64,000 nucleotides of DNA from Anthoceros angustus (lineage: Eukaryota; Plantae; Anthocerotophyta): the NCBI GenBank assembly GCA_010909165.1, contig MU008188.1, positions 620,001-684,000 of the forward strand. Reading direction: 5' to 3'. Below are positions 36,589-50,400 of this stretch, piece after piece. The stretch's first letter is position 1. Each line of letters starts with the position of its first letter. A model generated the notes under the pieces. It was given only the letters and a program-made list of their open reading frames with translations, was not told where the DNA came from and did no database searches. The translations under genes were made by a program, and so were the position numbers.

Positions 36589-39426
36589 TGTTGGCGGAGA
36601 TATGAGATGAAGAAGAGTATGGACCTGGACCACGGACCTCCTTTGGGTGGAAATGAGTCGAGGTTTTGTTTTTTTTTTCGTGGCGGTTAAAAATAAAGGC
36701 GGAAAAAGAAATAAGTCCAGGCCGTACTTGCGCACTCGAGTAGGCGGAAGCACTCCGGAGTGGCGGAAGGACTCGGAGTAGGCAGAGGGCTCTGGAGTAG
36801 GCAGAGACTCGGAGCACACTCACGAGAGCTGGACTACTTGGAGGCCGGTGGTAAGTCAGGACCTCACGAACCCAGACGGATGTACGCCGAGGTAAAGTAA
36901 CTTAGGGGTGGAGGCGTATTTTAAGCGGGGGGCCCGTGGGCCAGTCTTGAGAGGGGCGTGCATGCAGCAGGACAGGATCGTGGGATTGCAGTAGCCGGCC
37001 GTTATAGCTTCACGCTCCCGGGTACTTGGCCGTGAAGAGGCTACTCGTCTGTGGCGGCGTAAGGCGAGGCTGTGACACGTAAGGCAAAGTAAGACATAGG
37101 GCCTCGGATTACAGGCAGCGGCCACTCGTAGCATGTGCTCTCGTTGCGGGCCGGAGGAGGTCATTCTTCAAAGCGACCTCGTGGCGGTTCGCCAATCTCG
37201 CTTTCGACCGGCTCTGCGTTGTCTTTGGCGCCGCACCTCACGCTTGGCTCGTCCTTAGGAGTCGGGCGATAGCAGAATGGGCAACAAGATTGTTGAACTT
37301 CAAGTTCCAACAGTGAACACGAGGCGGCAATGGGACAAGAAGGCGGTGGAGGTGTGAGCCACGGGCGTGGGCACAACATCGTCACCAAAGCTACGGACTT
37401 TCCAGGTCCTTGCTGGAGGCGGAGGGCTGGTGAAGGGCGCACTGGATATTTTCCAATGGACCTTCTGGCACATCCACATCTAATCGAAGATGTTGGAAGT
37501 GGCCAACAAGGAGGTCCGCTCCAAGAACTGCGGGAGGACCCCGGAGGTGGATGTGGAGGTCTGAGGCGGTCTACCGCCAGTGGAATGGGGAGTGGTTCCG
37601 GGCCCAAGGTGAAGGAAGGTGGAGGCGGCGGGCGGCCCTCTTGCGACCGAGGGGCAGCGATCCTCCAGCGGTGGGCGATGTCGGACCTCCCGGAGGCGGG
37701 AGAGCTGGCAAGATCATCCCTTTGGAATATGCTCACCAAGGTGGACCACCTTGGTGATAATCTGCTGGTGTTCCTCCACGCCTTACAGAGGGGAAAACGC
37801 GCCGACTGGGGTAGGATCATCTTCGCGAGAATCAACCAGGAGGCCAGGAAGTTGAGAAGTGAGAAGCCACCCCCGTCGACGTTGTCGCCATTCATCATCC
37901 ATGTGTGGGGTCACATGAACCTCCTGAAGGAGGGGGAAGAGGAGCGGGCGCTACGGAAGGGGCTAGCCGCCCTACCAGAGGCGGAGCGAGAAGGAAGAAC
38001 GCAGGAGGCGAGGTCGTCGGCTGGACCAAAGCGGGTCAGGGACGGCAGGAGGGATTGGACTCACACTGCATGCAGGCGGACCCCACCTCAACGCGGGGGA
38101 GTGTGGAAGACATTCCGCTTCCTCCTCTTGGTCCCTCAGAACTGCCTGAGGTAGCCTGTGGGGAAGGTGGCGTGTAGCCAGGAAGGAGGGAGGCTGAGTG
38201 GCGGCCTTGGCGGGCCGGCTGACCCACAACGACCTCAGGCTACGGAACCCGCCGGACTCGTGAGGCGAGGCGGCAGGCGGCCTGGCGCGGTGCCTAGGAG
38301 CGCACCCTTTCCTTGCTCCTACCAGCAGGTGCCTCAGAGTCCAGTCAGGGCTGCGGTTAGGCGGGCCTAGCGATGGAGCAGCTCGGCGGGCGGCCGACCG
38401 CCCAACCTACGGAGCACCTACGGAGGAGATGCAAAGGTGCTCGGGGCTCATGTGGAAGAGGCAAGACTACGCGGTAGGGCGGTGCCCGCAGGCGGGACGA
38501 TGGGGGGGCCGAAGGCTGGCTGATGATGAAGGATCCGGGGGGTCCGGAGACACACCCCCTGGAGAAGGAGACGAGGCGGTGGGAGCGGCCCCACGGTGGA
38601 GATCAGGGCGAGTGCGGCCCGTCGAGGTAAGAATTCCCTCACCCCACGGATAAGAGAGGAGCCAGGGCCAGGAGAGGAGACCAACGCGAAGAAGGCCCGA
38701 AGGAGTTAGTGGCAACATCGGTGTGCAAATGGAAGATCCTTTGAAGAAAATGCTCCATGATGGTATGGACAAAAGCCGAGCAGAGGAAGGGCAAAGAGGA
38801 TCTCAACTTGAGACATCATAGATGGAGAGGAAGGAAGAAGAAGATAGGGACGGACTACCATGGTAGTCACCCTACCCGATGGTTGCCGGACTACCACGAG
38901 TGGGTCTTTGGAAGAAGGTGGCGGTGGCGGGGGATGGAAGAAGCGCCTAAGCGCGGAGGAGGCGCAATTACCCATGACAGAGAAATCGGGCGTCGCCCCG
39001 GAGAAGGGAAGGAGCAAAGTGGTACTTGGCAAGCCCACAAAATAGGAAGGCAACCGGGAAGAGGCCCAGGAAGGCGAGCAAAGGAGGCGAGGCCAATCCA
39101 CGAAGGACGCGTCACTATCCCAGTAGGGTGTGGACTAGGTATGGTCAAAGACCATAAATGTTGAATGGAAGAATAGGAAGGATAGGCGATGTACACTGAC
39201 ATCCTTTAAGGATGATCTTGGGTGAAGTTACTAGAATAGAATTTACCAAGGATCAGACAGTAGACTTAGGTGCCGAGCCTTAAATGCTGGCAGTAGGGAA
39301 ATAATAAAATATTGGAAAAGGTGACCTGCAGCAGGGTCACCCGAGGGAGGTTGTATGTGGAAGACCTCCTATAACACGGGGAGGATTTCACAAAGTAAAG
39401 TATCATGTCTTGCGCTTCCATACTCG
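36589..39426 (+). mobile_element. 3' region / probable long LTR (family C) of the Gypsy element, with an accessory ORF
   Basis: ~20-bp tandem repeats at 36730-36830. ORF ~37160-38200 with ADWGRIIFARINQEARKL...LSPFIIHVWGHMNLL. 38700-39426 is homologous to the reverse complement of LTR A 26370-27300. Confidence 0.65.
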
Positions 39427-41449
39427 CGATACTTCGTTGTTGGCCTTCAATATCCTGTTGTGAAGATGGGCGCCCAAAGACTGTAATCTGCATGCAGAAT
39501 CATCAATCTCCGTGGGCCTCTCCATCCTCACACCTACCCTTGTAGGCGTCCCTTGCGTGGTCAATTCTCCCACCTTCACATGGAGGTTACATTCTCCTCC
39601 TTGCCAATTTGGTGTAATTTACTGAAGGGCATAATCTGCCCAAAACCTTCGGCTTCCTCACCACATCACAGCACCACCTTCTTGTGGTGCTCCTCCTCTT
39701 GGAACCTCCTTTGTTCCAGCTCGGCCATTTGCTTGGCAAGCTTCTCCCTCTCCTCCTGCCAAGCACCCTTTTCGCGCTCCAACTCTTGTAGTCGTAGGTC
39801 TTGAGCCTCCAGCTCCGAGCGCTTCTCCTCCAGACTGTACCGGGTCCGTCGCAATTCTTCCGTCATATCCCGGATTGTGATGGCTTGGGTAGCCATCACC
39901 TGCTCTTGTGCGTCCATTTATTTGGCCATACCTTCTCCTTCCTAGCTTCCGTTTGCCCTTCGTTCTTGCTCTAAGCTGGCAAAATGCTCCTCCATATACG
40001 CCTCAGAGTCCCTTTGGGTTGTCAATCGGCTCTCTCCTCTGTTGTGACAACCTCCCTCCGGGACCTTCTCATGTTGTTCACAAGGTGGCTGAGCTCTCTC
40101 TGACCCTTCTCCAACTTGGCTGCCTTCTCGTCGGACTCCATGGCCTCCAATTGCCATTTAGTCCTCCTTTCCTCTCCGTCATTTCTTGGGCTTTGACTTC
40201 CTCTTGACATGCCCACAGGCCTAGCTCCTAGCCCCTAGCTTCTTGAAAATCTCCAGCTCTTGCCCATTCCCGAGGCCATCAACAGTCCCCTCACGGTGTA
40301 TCAGCCTTCCTCCAAGCCGGGGTAGTGGTGGCCTAGGCGCCCTTGCATGGCGCCTGTTGCTCTCTTTCCCTTCCCTACAGCGGTAGGCTTTCCCTACGAT
40401 TGTGGGGTGCTTGCCTACCCGCGGTGGTGCTCCCCAGTGGTAGGTGGGCGGCTCCCCTACGGTGAGTGCCCCACCTCCACAGGTAGGCTACCTCCTGGGG
40501 GTGAGGCTGTAGAGTGCCTCTGCTAGGCACAGCGAGATGGTGGGGACTCCCCATGAGACATCACCCTCCTGTGGTAGTCCTCCTCTCATAGACTACCATT
40601 CGGCCTTGGCGGTTCACATTCCTCTCCTCCTCCTTGCTCCTGTGGGGAAAAGTTTCCCACTCAGGCAACCTTGTTGCCTCTACATCCTCCGCCCTTGCTC
40701 CTAGCATGCTTGTGGAGTCGACCTCCAACATCTTCCTTAATGCAAAAGGCAGGGCCTTTCCAAGCTTGGCTGGAGATGGATTATCTCCAGAAGGATGCCA
40801 AACATCTCCAACTCTTGCTTGTGAGGAGTCCCCTCAGTTTCCCACAAATGCAAATAGGTGCTAGGTAGCAAAGGCTGGGTTCCTCATCCACATTCGGCAG
40901 GAGCTTCTCACATGGTGGATGTATGCTTCATACATAATTGTTCCCCAATCGGTTTGGCTCCCATGGAAATCTTCCACAAAAAGCTGGAGGAAGTTGGTGC
41001 TGAAATAAGAAGTCCTTTGGTAATTTACCAACTGGCACAATCTTACTTAAAGAGCCTCCACTTGACTCCTTGATGCTCTTTCCAGCCATTCTTGGCGTGG
41101 GCCTTCCTCAAATCCATCATGTCGAGCTCTTGGAATTTGGAGGGCCGTCCTCTCCTCCATTCGACCTTTCGAGAGAGAGAGCAATTCCTGAGCTCCTCCA
41201 GGTCTCCCATACACATCGAATGCTCCTTACGGTCCAGCGAGGATCCGTTCGAGCATTCCCTTTCCGTGTGAGCGGCAAGGGCTGCTCGATTGATGGAGAT
41301 TGATGAGCACTCCTCAATCAACTCTAAATTGGTGTAGGCCCATTGGCGTATACACCCATCAGTGGATGTTATCCTCCTCTGCCCATTCTTGAAAATCAGC
41401 AAATCGTGGGGTTAAAAACATACCCAAAATAATTGAACAAACATGAGGG
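39427..41449 (-). mobile_element. Internal fragment of an A-family LTR, opposite in orientation to the adjacent segment
   Basis: Colinear with 27475-29385. Confidence 0.75.
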
Positions 41450-44400
41450 TCGGAGAATTTCGGGAGGATATAACCCTAAGAAAACTTCGGAAAGGCCGGA
41501 GGCGCATTCATTGATGGCCTTGGCGGTGAGGCGTCGAGGCGGCAGGCGTGAAACAAGCTGAGCCAGGCAGGCGTATGTGAAGGCGGGGGCACCTGTCTGC
41601 GGAGGCAGAGGCGGCGGGGAGAGGCAGACCCTCATTGGTGAGGCGGGGAGCTCAGTTGAAGAAGGAAGGCTGGCAGCAGCGACTCGCGGTATGTGGAGTA
41701 GGAACCACGGGGTGACTAAGTTGGAAATTATGAGGCGAGCTATCAACAGTTCGAGGCGCCGAGGGTAGCGAGGTTGTGGCAGGAGCATGGCACCCAAGGC
41801 CGCAGCAGAAATTTCGACCGCCCAATGGCCGAATATGAACCATTGGAAGGCTCGAGCCGGAGGATTGGTGAAGGAGCTGGGGCTCGGGTTCATGGAGAAG
41901 AGATGGAACTATGTAAGCCTAGGACTGGTGCAGGAGGATTGTGATTGAGCCCTCCCGGAAGAGGAGCACAACGGCAGCAGCAGCGGCTCTGATCAAGACG
42001 GGCGTAGTTTGGGAACCCAATGGATGGTTGACCCGAGAAATGGTCTCTGCACACCTCATGGGTCTGGCGAGATGGCTCATTTGCTTCCTGCAACATAAGA
42101 AGCGGGATTATTTGTCGACCATTCTTGCTTTTTCTCCATGAGGTGGTCAAAGGGTACAAGGATTGATTGGGGCGGATTATTTTGACAAGAAATTTGTGTG
42201 AGGGAAGGTGAACGACCTCCTTCCTTGCCTCCTTAATTTCGCCTTCCCTAGTTCACTGTATGCACCTCTAGCTGTTTGCACGAGATAGAGTTGTGGCCTC
42301 CTCCACATGTGGAAGCTTGATTAGGGAGGTGAAGTGGAAGCGGAAGAGCCCAAGGAAGAGATAGAGGAGGGATCGGCGGTGCAGTCTGTAGCAGGAAGCT
42401 ACTGGAGAGGAATAGGAAGTCGCCACGGACAAGAAAGGGTCGAGGAGCCAAGGCTCAACAAGAAGGGGAAGGTGGTGGCGTGTCACGGTCGAGGCGGGGG
42501 CAGCGTTGCGCAGCGAAAGATGAAGCGGCAGTTGATTTGTCGGATGAACAAGCGGCCCTCCTCCTCCAGCTCCACTCATGTTGCTCGTTTAATTGCTCCC
42601 ACATGCTTCTTCTTCCCTCGGTGGACGATCGATCGGGATCTTTGGGTCTGGAATTACGAAGGCGGAGGAGTAGCGACCTCCCCTGTGGTCCGTCCCAAAA
42701 GATCGAGTTGAGCAGTGATACAATCGAGGCGTTCAGCCAAATCCTCCGACCGGGCTGAAACTCCCGCTGACCTCGTCGTCGGTGATTCATTTGGAAGCGG
42801 ATGTGGATTCACGTCTTGCAAGGTCAAGCGTCGTGGAAATTCGCGGTCACGGAAGAGTGGGTCGCTCGGGAGGATGTCTCCTCCTCCTCCCGACACCACT
42901 TCCTCCACAACTCCTTCCTCTCGCTCCGGTGAGCTCTCCCCCTCCGATTAGTCGTTGACCACCGTCCTCTCCTTTGCGTCGCGGAAAGGATGGCCTCTTC
43001 GATCGCCGTAGCTCGTTTCCTCCTGTCGGCGGGTGGCAGCGGACAATTTCTTCTCTCAAACGATTCCTCCGAAGCTCGCAGGTCTCTTGCAGTGACAGGT
43101 GGGGGCGACCTTCCACGTTCCTCTTCTCGGGTCTTCCCCTTACCAGACATCTGCAAGCATCCTCATGTCCTCCAACCCACAGTCGTTAAGAAGGAGACAA
43201 ATCACACCCTTTAGTGTCTCAACCATTCACCCCTATGACAATTAGAGGACGTGAAGCTCCCTCTTCACAACATATGGTCGACCCTTAGTCCCTTCTCAAA
43301 CATTCCGCAGCTTAGCGATGGAAATCACAGCATTCAAATTTTCAGCGACAAGTCCCCGGCAACGGCGCCAAAAATGTGGGAGGAAAACCGGGGCTCCAGG
43401 GCTTCCCCTCTGGCCACACTTATCACTTAAAGTCGTTGGGTTTCGTCCCATGAGACTGTGTGAAAGTTCGAGGTCTGTGATGGCCGATCGCTACTGCGGT
43501 GACTTCTCGACCTTCTAAACAAGCAAGGCGCCCTCTCTCTCCCTCTTCTGCAGTGCACCGCTTTGCTCAGAAAATCAATCCTCGACCTACAGCGACACAC
43601 AATTGCAGGGCAAGTGAGGAGCCTATCACCCAGGGGACCCCAGTCCACGATTTTGTCCCTACTTCTAAGACCACTCTTCTCCACTCGGGGGCCCTTTTAC
43701 TTGAGTTGGGATTCGTCCCTTAGGCTGCACTGTGGCCTTCCACTAACACACTCTAATCCTCTACTCATCTTCTCATCCTCTTCCTCCTATTCTAACCTCG
43801 ATTCGGGCTTCTGGCTCGCCCTTATACTGTTGCACAGGGTCGGCCTCCACCGGCAAGTTCTTCCTTGGGCGGTTGCTATGAGTTTGACACACGGCGAGAA
43901 CCTCCGAGTCTTTCACTGTAGTCTACCCTCAAGAGAGTTCCACAGGCATTGCCACACACCCAAAGCAAAGCAATTTCCAGCAACCATTCACAAGGGAGCA
44001 ACTCGTTTAGGCACTTGCGTGAGCAAGTCCTCCACCAAGCACTCAGACCACCGACTTCCTCTCTACCCAGGCGTTGGCTCCACGGTGACACGAAATTCCT
44101 TTACAAGGGCAAAGGACTCGAGTATGGGCGCAAGAGGCGTGATACTTTACTTTGTGAAATCCTCCTCCTCTTATAGGAGGCCTTCCACATACAACCTCCC
44201 TTAGGTGACCCTCTGCGGTCACCTTTTCCAATATTCTATTATTTCCTACATGACATTTAACGGCACCTAAATCTATTTCCTTGGTAAATTCTATTCTAGT
44301 AACTTCACCTAATCATCCTTAAGGATGTCGGTCTACACTATCCTTCCTATTCTTCCTAAGCTCATTTATGGTCATTGACCATCTAGTCCTTATCTGGTGG

Positions 44401-47400
44401 TACGTCCTTGTGGATTGGCTCCCTCGCCCTCCTTTTGCTCTTGCCCCTTCCCGGATCTTGTCTTCCTAATGTGTGGGGCAAGTACAATCTGCCCCTTCCT
44501 CCATCTCCAGGGTGGCGCCATTCCTCCATCATCCCTTTGGCGCAGCGCCTTTCCAGCCTCGCCGCGCCCTTTCGCACCCTACCGCGGTAGTGCGGACTAC
44601 GGGGTGGTGACCTACCATGGTAGTCGGTCCCTATCTCTCCTTCTTCTCCATCGGTGATGCTCTTGGGTTGGAATCTTCTTGCTCCTTTCCTGTTGTTTGG
44701 TTGTCCATACCTATCATGGAGCATTTCTTCTTCCCCCTTGTCGTGATTCCACTAACTCGGGCCCTTTGTTGGTCTCCTCTCCGGCCCGGTCTCCCTTGTC
44801 GTGGGTGAGACTTCTCACCCCTCCCCTTCCTCGGCGGATCGGTCCTAGTCTCCTCGGTGGGGGTTTCTCCCACCACCTCTTCTCCTGGGGTATACTGGAC
44901 CCCGGCTCCTTCATCCTCGCCCCGACTCAGCAGCTCCCCGGGCTGCCCTACCGGTGATCAGCGGACTACGTGGGTGGTGTCTGCAGTAGTCAGCGGACTA
45001 CCGTGGTAGGTCACTCCGTGGTAGGTGACCCCTGTGGGCTGTCCCCCTCCTTGCTCTGCGCCATCTTCCTCCTTTGGCGTGCCTCTCTCCATCTCGACTC
45101 CTCAGTTCCTCGGAGTCCATGTCGTGATGGCCTCATCAAAATCGGAGGCCTCAGGCTGCACTTGCGCTCCTTCCTCATCATCATGAGGACCCAATGTCCT
45201 CCTCTTGGCCAAGCAAGACTCATTGTTGGCCTTCAAAATCTGTTGGAGGTGAGCCCCAAGCTGTAATCATTTGGAGATCATCAATCTCGTGGGCCACTCT
45301 CCATCCTCACACCTACCTTTGTAGGCGTCCCTTGCGGTGGTCAATTCTCCCACCTTGACATGGAGGTCACATTCTCCTCCTTGCTTCCTTGGTGGTTGGC
45401 CAATTTTGCGAAGGGCATAATCGCCCAAAATCTTCTTCCTCACTACATCCATGTACCACCTTCTTGTGGTACTCCTCCTCTGGAACCTCCTTTTCCTTCC
45501 AAGTCCCTTTTGTTGGGCAAGCCCTTCCTCTCCCTTGCCAGCACTCTCTCGCTCCAGCTCTCTTGCTTGGTCTTGAGCCTCTCAGCGCTTCTCTTCCAAA
45601 TGTCTTTCTCTCCTCTTCCATGTCCGGATCTTGATGGCTTGGTAGCCATCACACTGTGCGTCCACTTGTTGGACCGCTACCTTCTCCCTTCCGAGCCTCT
45701 TTTGCCCTTTCGCTCTTGCTCTAATTGGGCAAAATGCTCCTCTGCCTCCATGATCCCTTTTGGGTGGTTGCGAATGGCTCTCTCGTTGACAACCTCCCTC
45801 GGACCTTCTCTCTTGATCACAAGTCGAGCTTCTCCACCTTTCAACTTGGCTGCCTTCTCATCGGACTCCATGGCCTCCAATTGCCACTTGGTCCTGCCCT
45901 CCCGGCCATGTCTTGGGCCTTGACTTCCTCTTGGCATGCCACAAGGAGGCTGCTAGCTCCCTAGCCCCTTCAAATCCCTGAGTGCTTCACAAGCACCGGC
46001 AATTCTCCTAGGGGTCCCAATTCCACCCCTCTTGCTTGGAAATCTCCAGCTCCTCACGCCATCGCGGGCGGCGTGGGGTCCCTCAGTCGCTCCATCCGCT
46101 CTCCCGGCGGAGATGGGGCCGGCGCCACATGGCGCCTCCCTTCTCCTTCCCTTCCTACCGCGTGCTGCACCCTGCGTGGGTGCCTGCAGTGGTACACCCT
46201 GATGGCGCCTACCACGGTGGTCGCCACCTTGGGTGGGTGCCTCCCCTGGGGTGCAGGGGTGCCTCTTCTAGGCACAAATGAGATGGTGGGGACTCCCCCA
46301 CCCTTGGGGTCACCCCTCCTGTGGTAGTCCTCTCTCATAGACTACCATTCGGCCTTCCTCGGCGGCTTCTCTCCTCCTTTGCTCTTGGGAAAAGATTCCC
46401 ACTCGGCAACCTTGTTGCCTCTACTTCCCTCCGCCCTTAGCACAGCTGCTGGAGTCGACCTCCCATTGTCTTCCTCAATGCAAAGGCAAAGGCCTTTCCA
46501 AGCTTGGCTGGAGGTGGATTATCTCAAAGGATGCCAAGCATCTTCAAGCTCCTTGCTTGTGAGTCCCTGGTTTCCCACAAATGCACCAAATAGGTGCTAG
46601 ATATAGGCCTTGGCCCTTCCTCATCCACCGAATTTGGCTTGAGGAGCTTCTCCCGGTGGTGGATGTAGGCCTCATACATGATGGTGCTCAGCTTGGCTCC
46701 CATGAAATCTTCCACAAAATTGGAGGAAGTTGGTGAAATAAGCGTTGGTAATTTAACCCCAACACAATCTTTTGCAGAGCCTCCACTTGACTCCTTGATG
46801 CTCTCGGTCTTCCGGCCATTCTTGGCGTGGGCCTTCACTCCTCCATCCATCATGTCGAGGACTCTGCGGAATTTCGGGAGGGCAATCCTCTTCCCTCCAT
46901 TCGTCCTCTCGAGGGAGCAATTCGAGCTCTCCTCCGGTCTCATACACTGTGAATGCTACTTACGGTCCACAGCGAGGATCGTCAGCATTCCTCTTCGGCA
47001 AGGGCTGATTGATGGAGGTTGATGTAACACTCCTCAATCAATTCCAAATTGGTGTAGGCCCATTGGCGGATACACCCATCCCAATTGGATGTTCTCCTCC
47101 TCATTCTTGAAATCCCAAATCCACAGGGTTGAGCGCCGCAAAACAGTGAATTGGGGCATCTCGACCTCACCCCCTCAGTGGCGCGACCTCTGCTGCCTTC
47201 TTTCCTTTTCTCGAGGAGCCCTTGCTGGCTCCTTCCCTTGCCTTTCCTCCTCGAGGCATGGTGCCTTCCCTTTCAATGCTTCAAGGAAGAATTACTTCCC
47301 AATTTGTCAACTTCTCTTCCAACCTCCTCTCTTGGGGTCTCACCACCTCTGCAACACACACAGTGCAGCTTTCCTCCAACCTTCTTCTCTTGTCCTTCTT

Positions 47401-50400
47401 TCGAGTGCTCCCTTCAATTTCTCTCACGCGCCCACCTTCTCTCCCTCTCCTCGCCCTCGCTCCACTTCCCCGGCCTCAACGCTCGCGTGCTCCTTCCTTC
47501 CCCTCTTTCCAGCTCCTCGGTGCGTGATGTTTCCTCCTCTCCTCTTCTCCGGCTAGGGTTTCTCCTTCGCTCCTCGCTTCTCTCCGCTTGATGGCGGCTG
47601 ATGGCGCTTTCCTTCCTTCCCTCTTTTGCTCCTCAACTCCGGCTCTAGCTCTTCGAAGTGGAGGCCAAGCGCACTTTGCCCTCCTTGGATGCGCCACAGG
47701 CTGCACAACCCTAGATTGGTTCATCATTCCAAAATCCTAATCCTATCTAAACTACCTATTTTCCTATCCCGCTATCCTAATTAATCTTCTAATTACTCTA
47801 TATATTTATTCCCCTATTGGTGAGCATATATAGTGGATATCCCCTTATTCTAATTTCCTTTCGCGAGATTTGTCACCTACCATGTAACTTGATGATGCGC
47901 TCTTCGCTCTACGGTGTGTGGCGACCCTACGGTGATGCCGACCTACCGCCCTTTGACTGCCTCCCTCGCCTAGGGGTCGTTTTGACCCGTTCTTTTCCTG
48001 GGATATCCTCCTTCCTAACAATATCCTACAACTCCGACAAGATTCTCGAAAATTTCTGGCATGCTCCTCTTCAATCGTTTTAGCCAAAAAAAAAATCAAA
48101 CTTGTTGTCTCGGCTCTTTTGGGTTGGTTGCCCAAACTTTTGCATTCCACTTATCAGTCCCTTGAACACAAGGGTCTGAAAATTTTGTCTTTTTGTGAGC
48201 GGATATCATCCATAACACAAGCTCATATTGTAGTTGCATCGTTTTCGACATCAAATTCTTAGCCATGGTGGACATAAAAGCACGTCTTCAAGGGTAAGTT
48301 GAACCATCGTGCAAGGTGAACTTACATGTCCATGGCCTCGTATTTCGAGCTCGTCTTGCTTGTTCATCAAGAAGCACCTTGTATCGAGGCTAAGGGTTAA
48401 CGTGAAGAAGCATTCTTTATGTGTACATATGTGTGAGGTGGCGCGAATCGGTACCAGCTGCTACCTCATACCATCGCTTGTGAGACAAGCTGTAAGGATC
48501 TTCACAGTGGGTTTGGTATCACTGACCATGTCTCCTTGATGGCGGATGGCGTGCCTTTTCGAGTACGTTGAGGTTCTCTTGCTTTCTTTTTCTCACATTC
48601 CCTTGCCCAATGGCGATACCCGATTGCGGTTTTCACAGTCGTTTGGCGAATTGAAGATGTAGAATCAGGTCTCCCTCCAGCCTTTGCTTTTCCTTTACTC
48701 TTGTTGGGCCCTACACCTTAGTAACACCTTTTACGCCTTTTGCCTAAGGGCGGCGAGATAAAGGGCTGCTCTTCACAAGGCACCAATCACATCTTCCACG
48801 GTGGTGCTAGTTGAGAAATGTGATGAAATGGGTCCGTTCGAGTTGTGACAAGCACGATAGGATGGAGGCAAGGCGAGAGCTTTGGACTTGACTGCACTTT
48901 ATCGCGATCAGGGAAATGTCAGCTCGAAGAGGTATCAAATCGTGGCGTGTGTTGACACTTTATCTCCCTCCTTCATCCAAGTAATGTAAAGTACTCCATT
49001 TGTCTGCGCTAGGACATCATGTTTATTCTTGTCGTCTTTTCAAGTGAATGGCGTGATTCCCCGAACTCAATGTGGACAAGATCATGTCAAGTCCATTTAT
49101 GAGCGAGAACCGCCTATGCTATTACTTGATCCCATTTTGCAATTTCATCTGCGTAGGTTTGGGATTGCCATTGGGATATCGCCGCATATGTCCCCGCGGG
49201 CGGACTCCACGAGCCAAAACATGGCTCTCATGCCATCGCCACACACTATATTTTTGACCATTAAAACGGTCTTTCTACTAGTGTCGGTGGTGATTATAGG
49301 TACACCAATTGCCATTGTGTTTATGGTTTACGGGGGTTGGCGGGTTGTGGGTATTATGGAGTTGATTGGAAGCCTGCACCAAAATTCAGCGCATCTATCG
49401 ATCCTGCGGACATAAAGACCTATTTGAACGTCTTGGCTAAGGCTCACGACAATTGGTAAGAATCTATGTGTTGGCGGAGATGTGTGATCTGTGACTAACA
49501 ATGTGTGCGAGGAAGATCTGATGGGGCTTGGCTTGGAGGGCAGGTGTGGTACACACAGGGCTCTGCATGCTAACCTCCTTCTTCTTCACATATACATGGT
49601 TAGCTTGAAAGGGTGCACGCATAAAAAGCGTTATGTCTTTTCAATTCTAGGTTAGTTGATTCATTTTTTCTTGAAAACAAGCATGTACATGAAACCCTAA
49701 CTATCATGCCACCTACGTGTACAAGGTGTACGGTGGCTGACCCGTGAAAATGGGGAGTATAAGGAAAGGAAGGGGCACCATTTCGGTGCCTCTTCAAATC
49801 TAGCACCAATTGTGCTGCGTCACGGTGCTCCAGGGCTTCGCCTCGGCGGAGCAAGATTTCCTAGAACTTGGGGTGGCGGATCACATGGCGGTCGCGGCTT
49901 CTTTCATTGCCATCTTAAATTAGACTTTGCAAAGTTGAAACTTGTTTGATGTCCCTTGTTTCGAGGTGTCTTTGGATGGCGAGATCTATCCGGTCAATTC
50001 TTCCACTCTATTCTGATAAGTTCTTGATTTGAGATAACCCAACGGATTTCTCCACCACATAGGCTAGCTAGATTTATCGATGCTCCCGGCTACTACTTGG
50101 TCAGTGTTGAAAACCATTATGGAATTTGCGGTATACAAGCGGGTAGTGGATTCTCCACGGCGCTTGTCCGGAGCGTGGGTTTATCCCTCTCCTCAATGAG
50201 ATTTGAACTCGATGTCAAGATTTAATCGGGTTGTTGAGAAGCTTATGAAGTCCACCGGATGTTATCTCACAAGCCGTGGTTATAGTCACTGTTAGGAATC
50301 TGTGCTTCTTTCGAGACCGGGGGGTTGTTGTTGAGGTATCTCCTCAGACCACCTCGGCCTCTCTTGCTCGAGATCCACAGGATTCGTGTCCCTCGGCATT

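Noticed and set aside
43353-43370. tRNA-Asp gene
   Set aside because: Only the 18-nt 3' end including CCA is present, next to an LTR end; this is a PBS.
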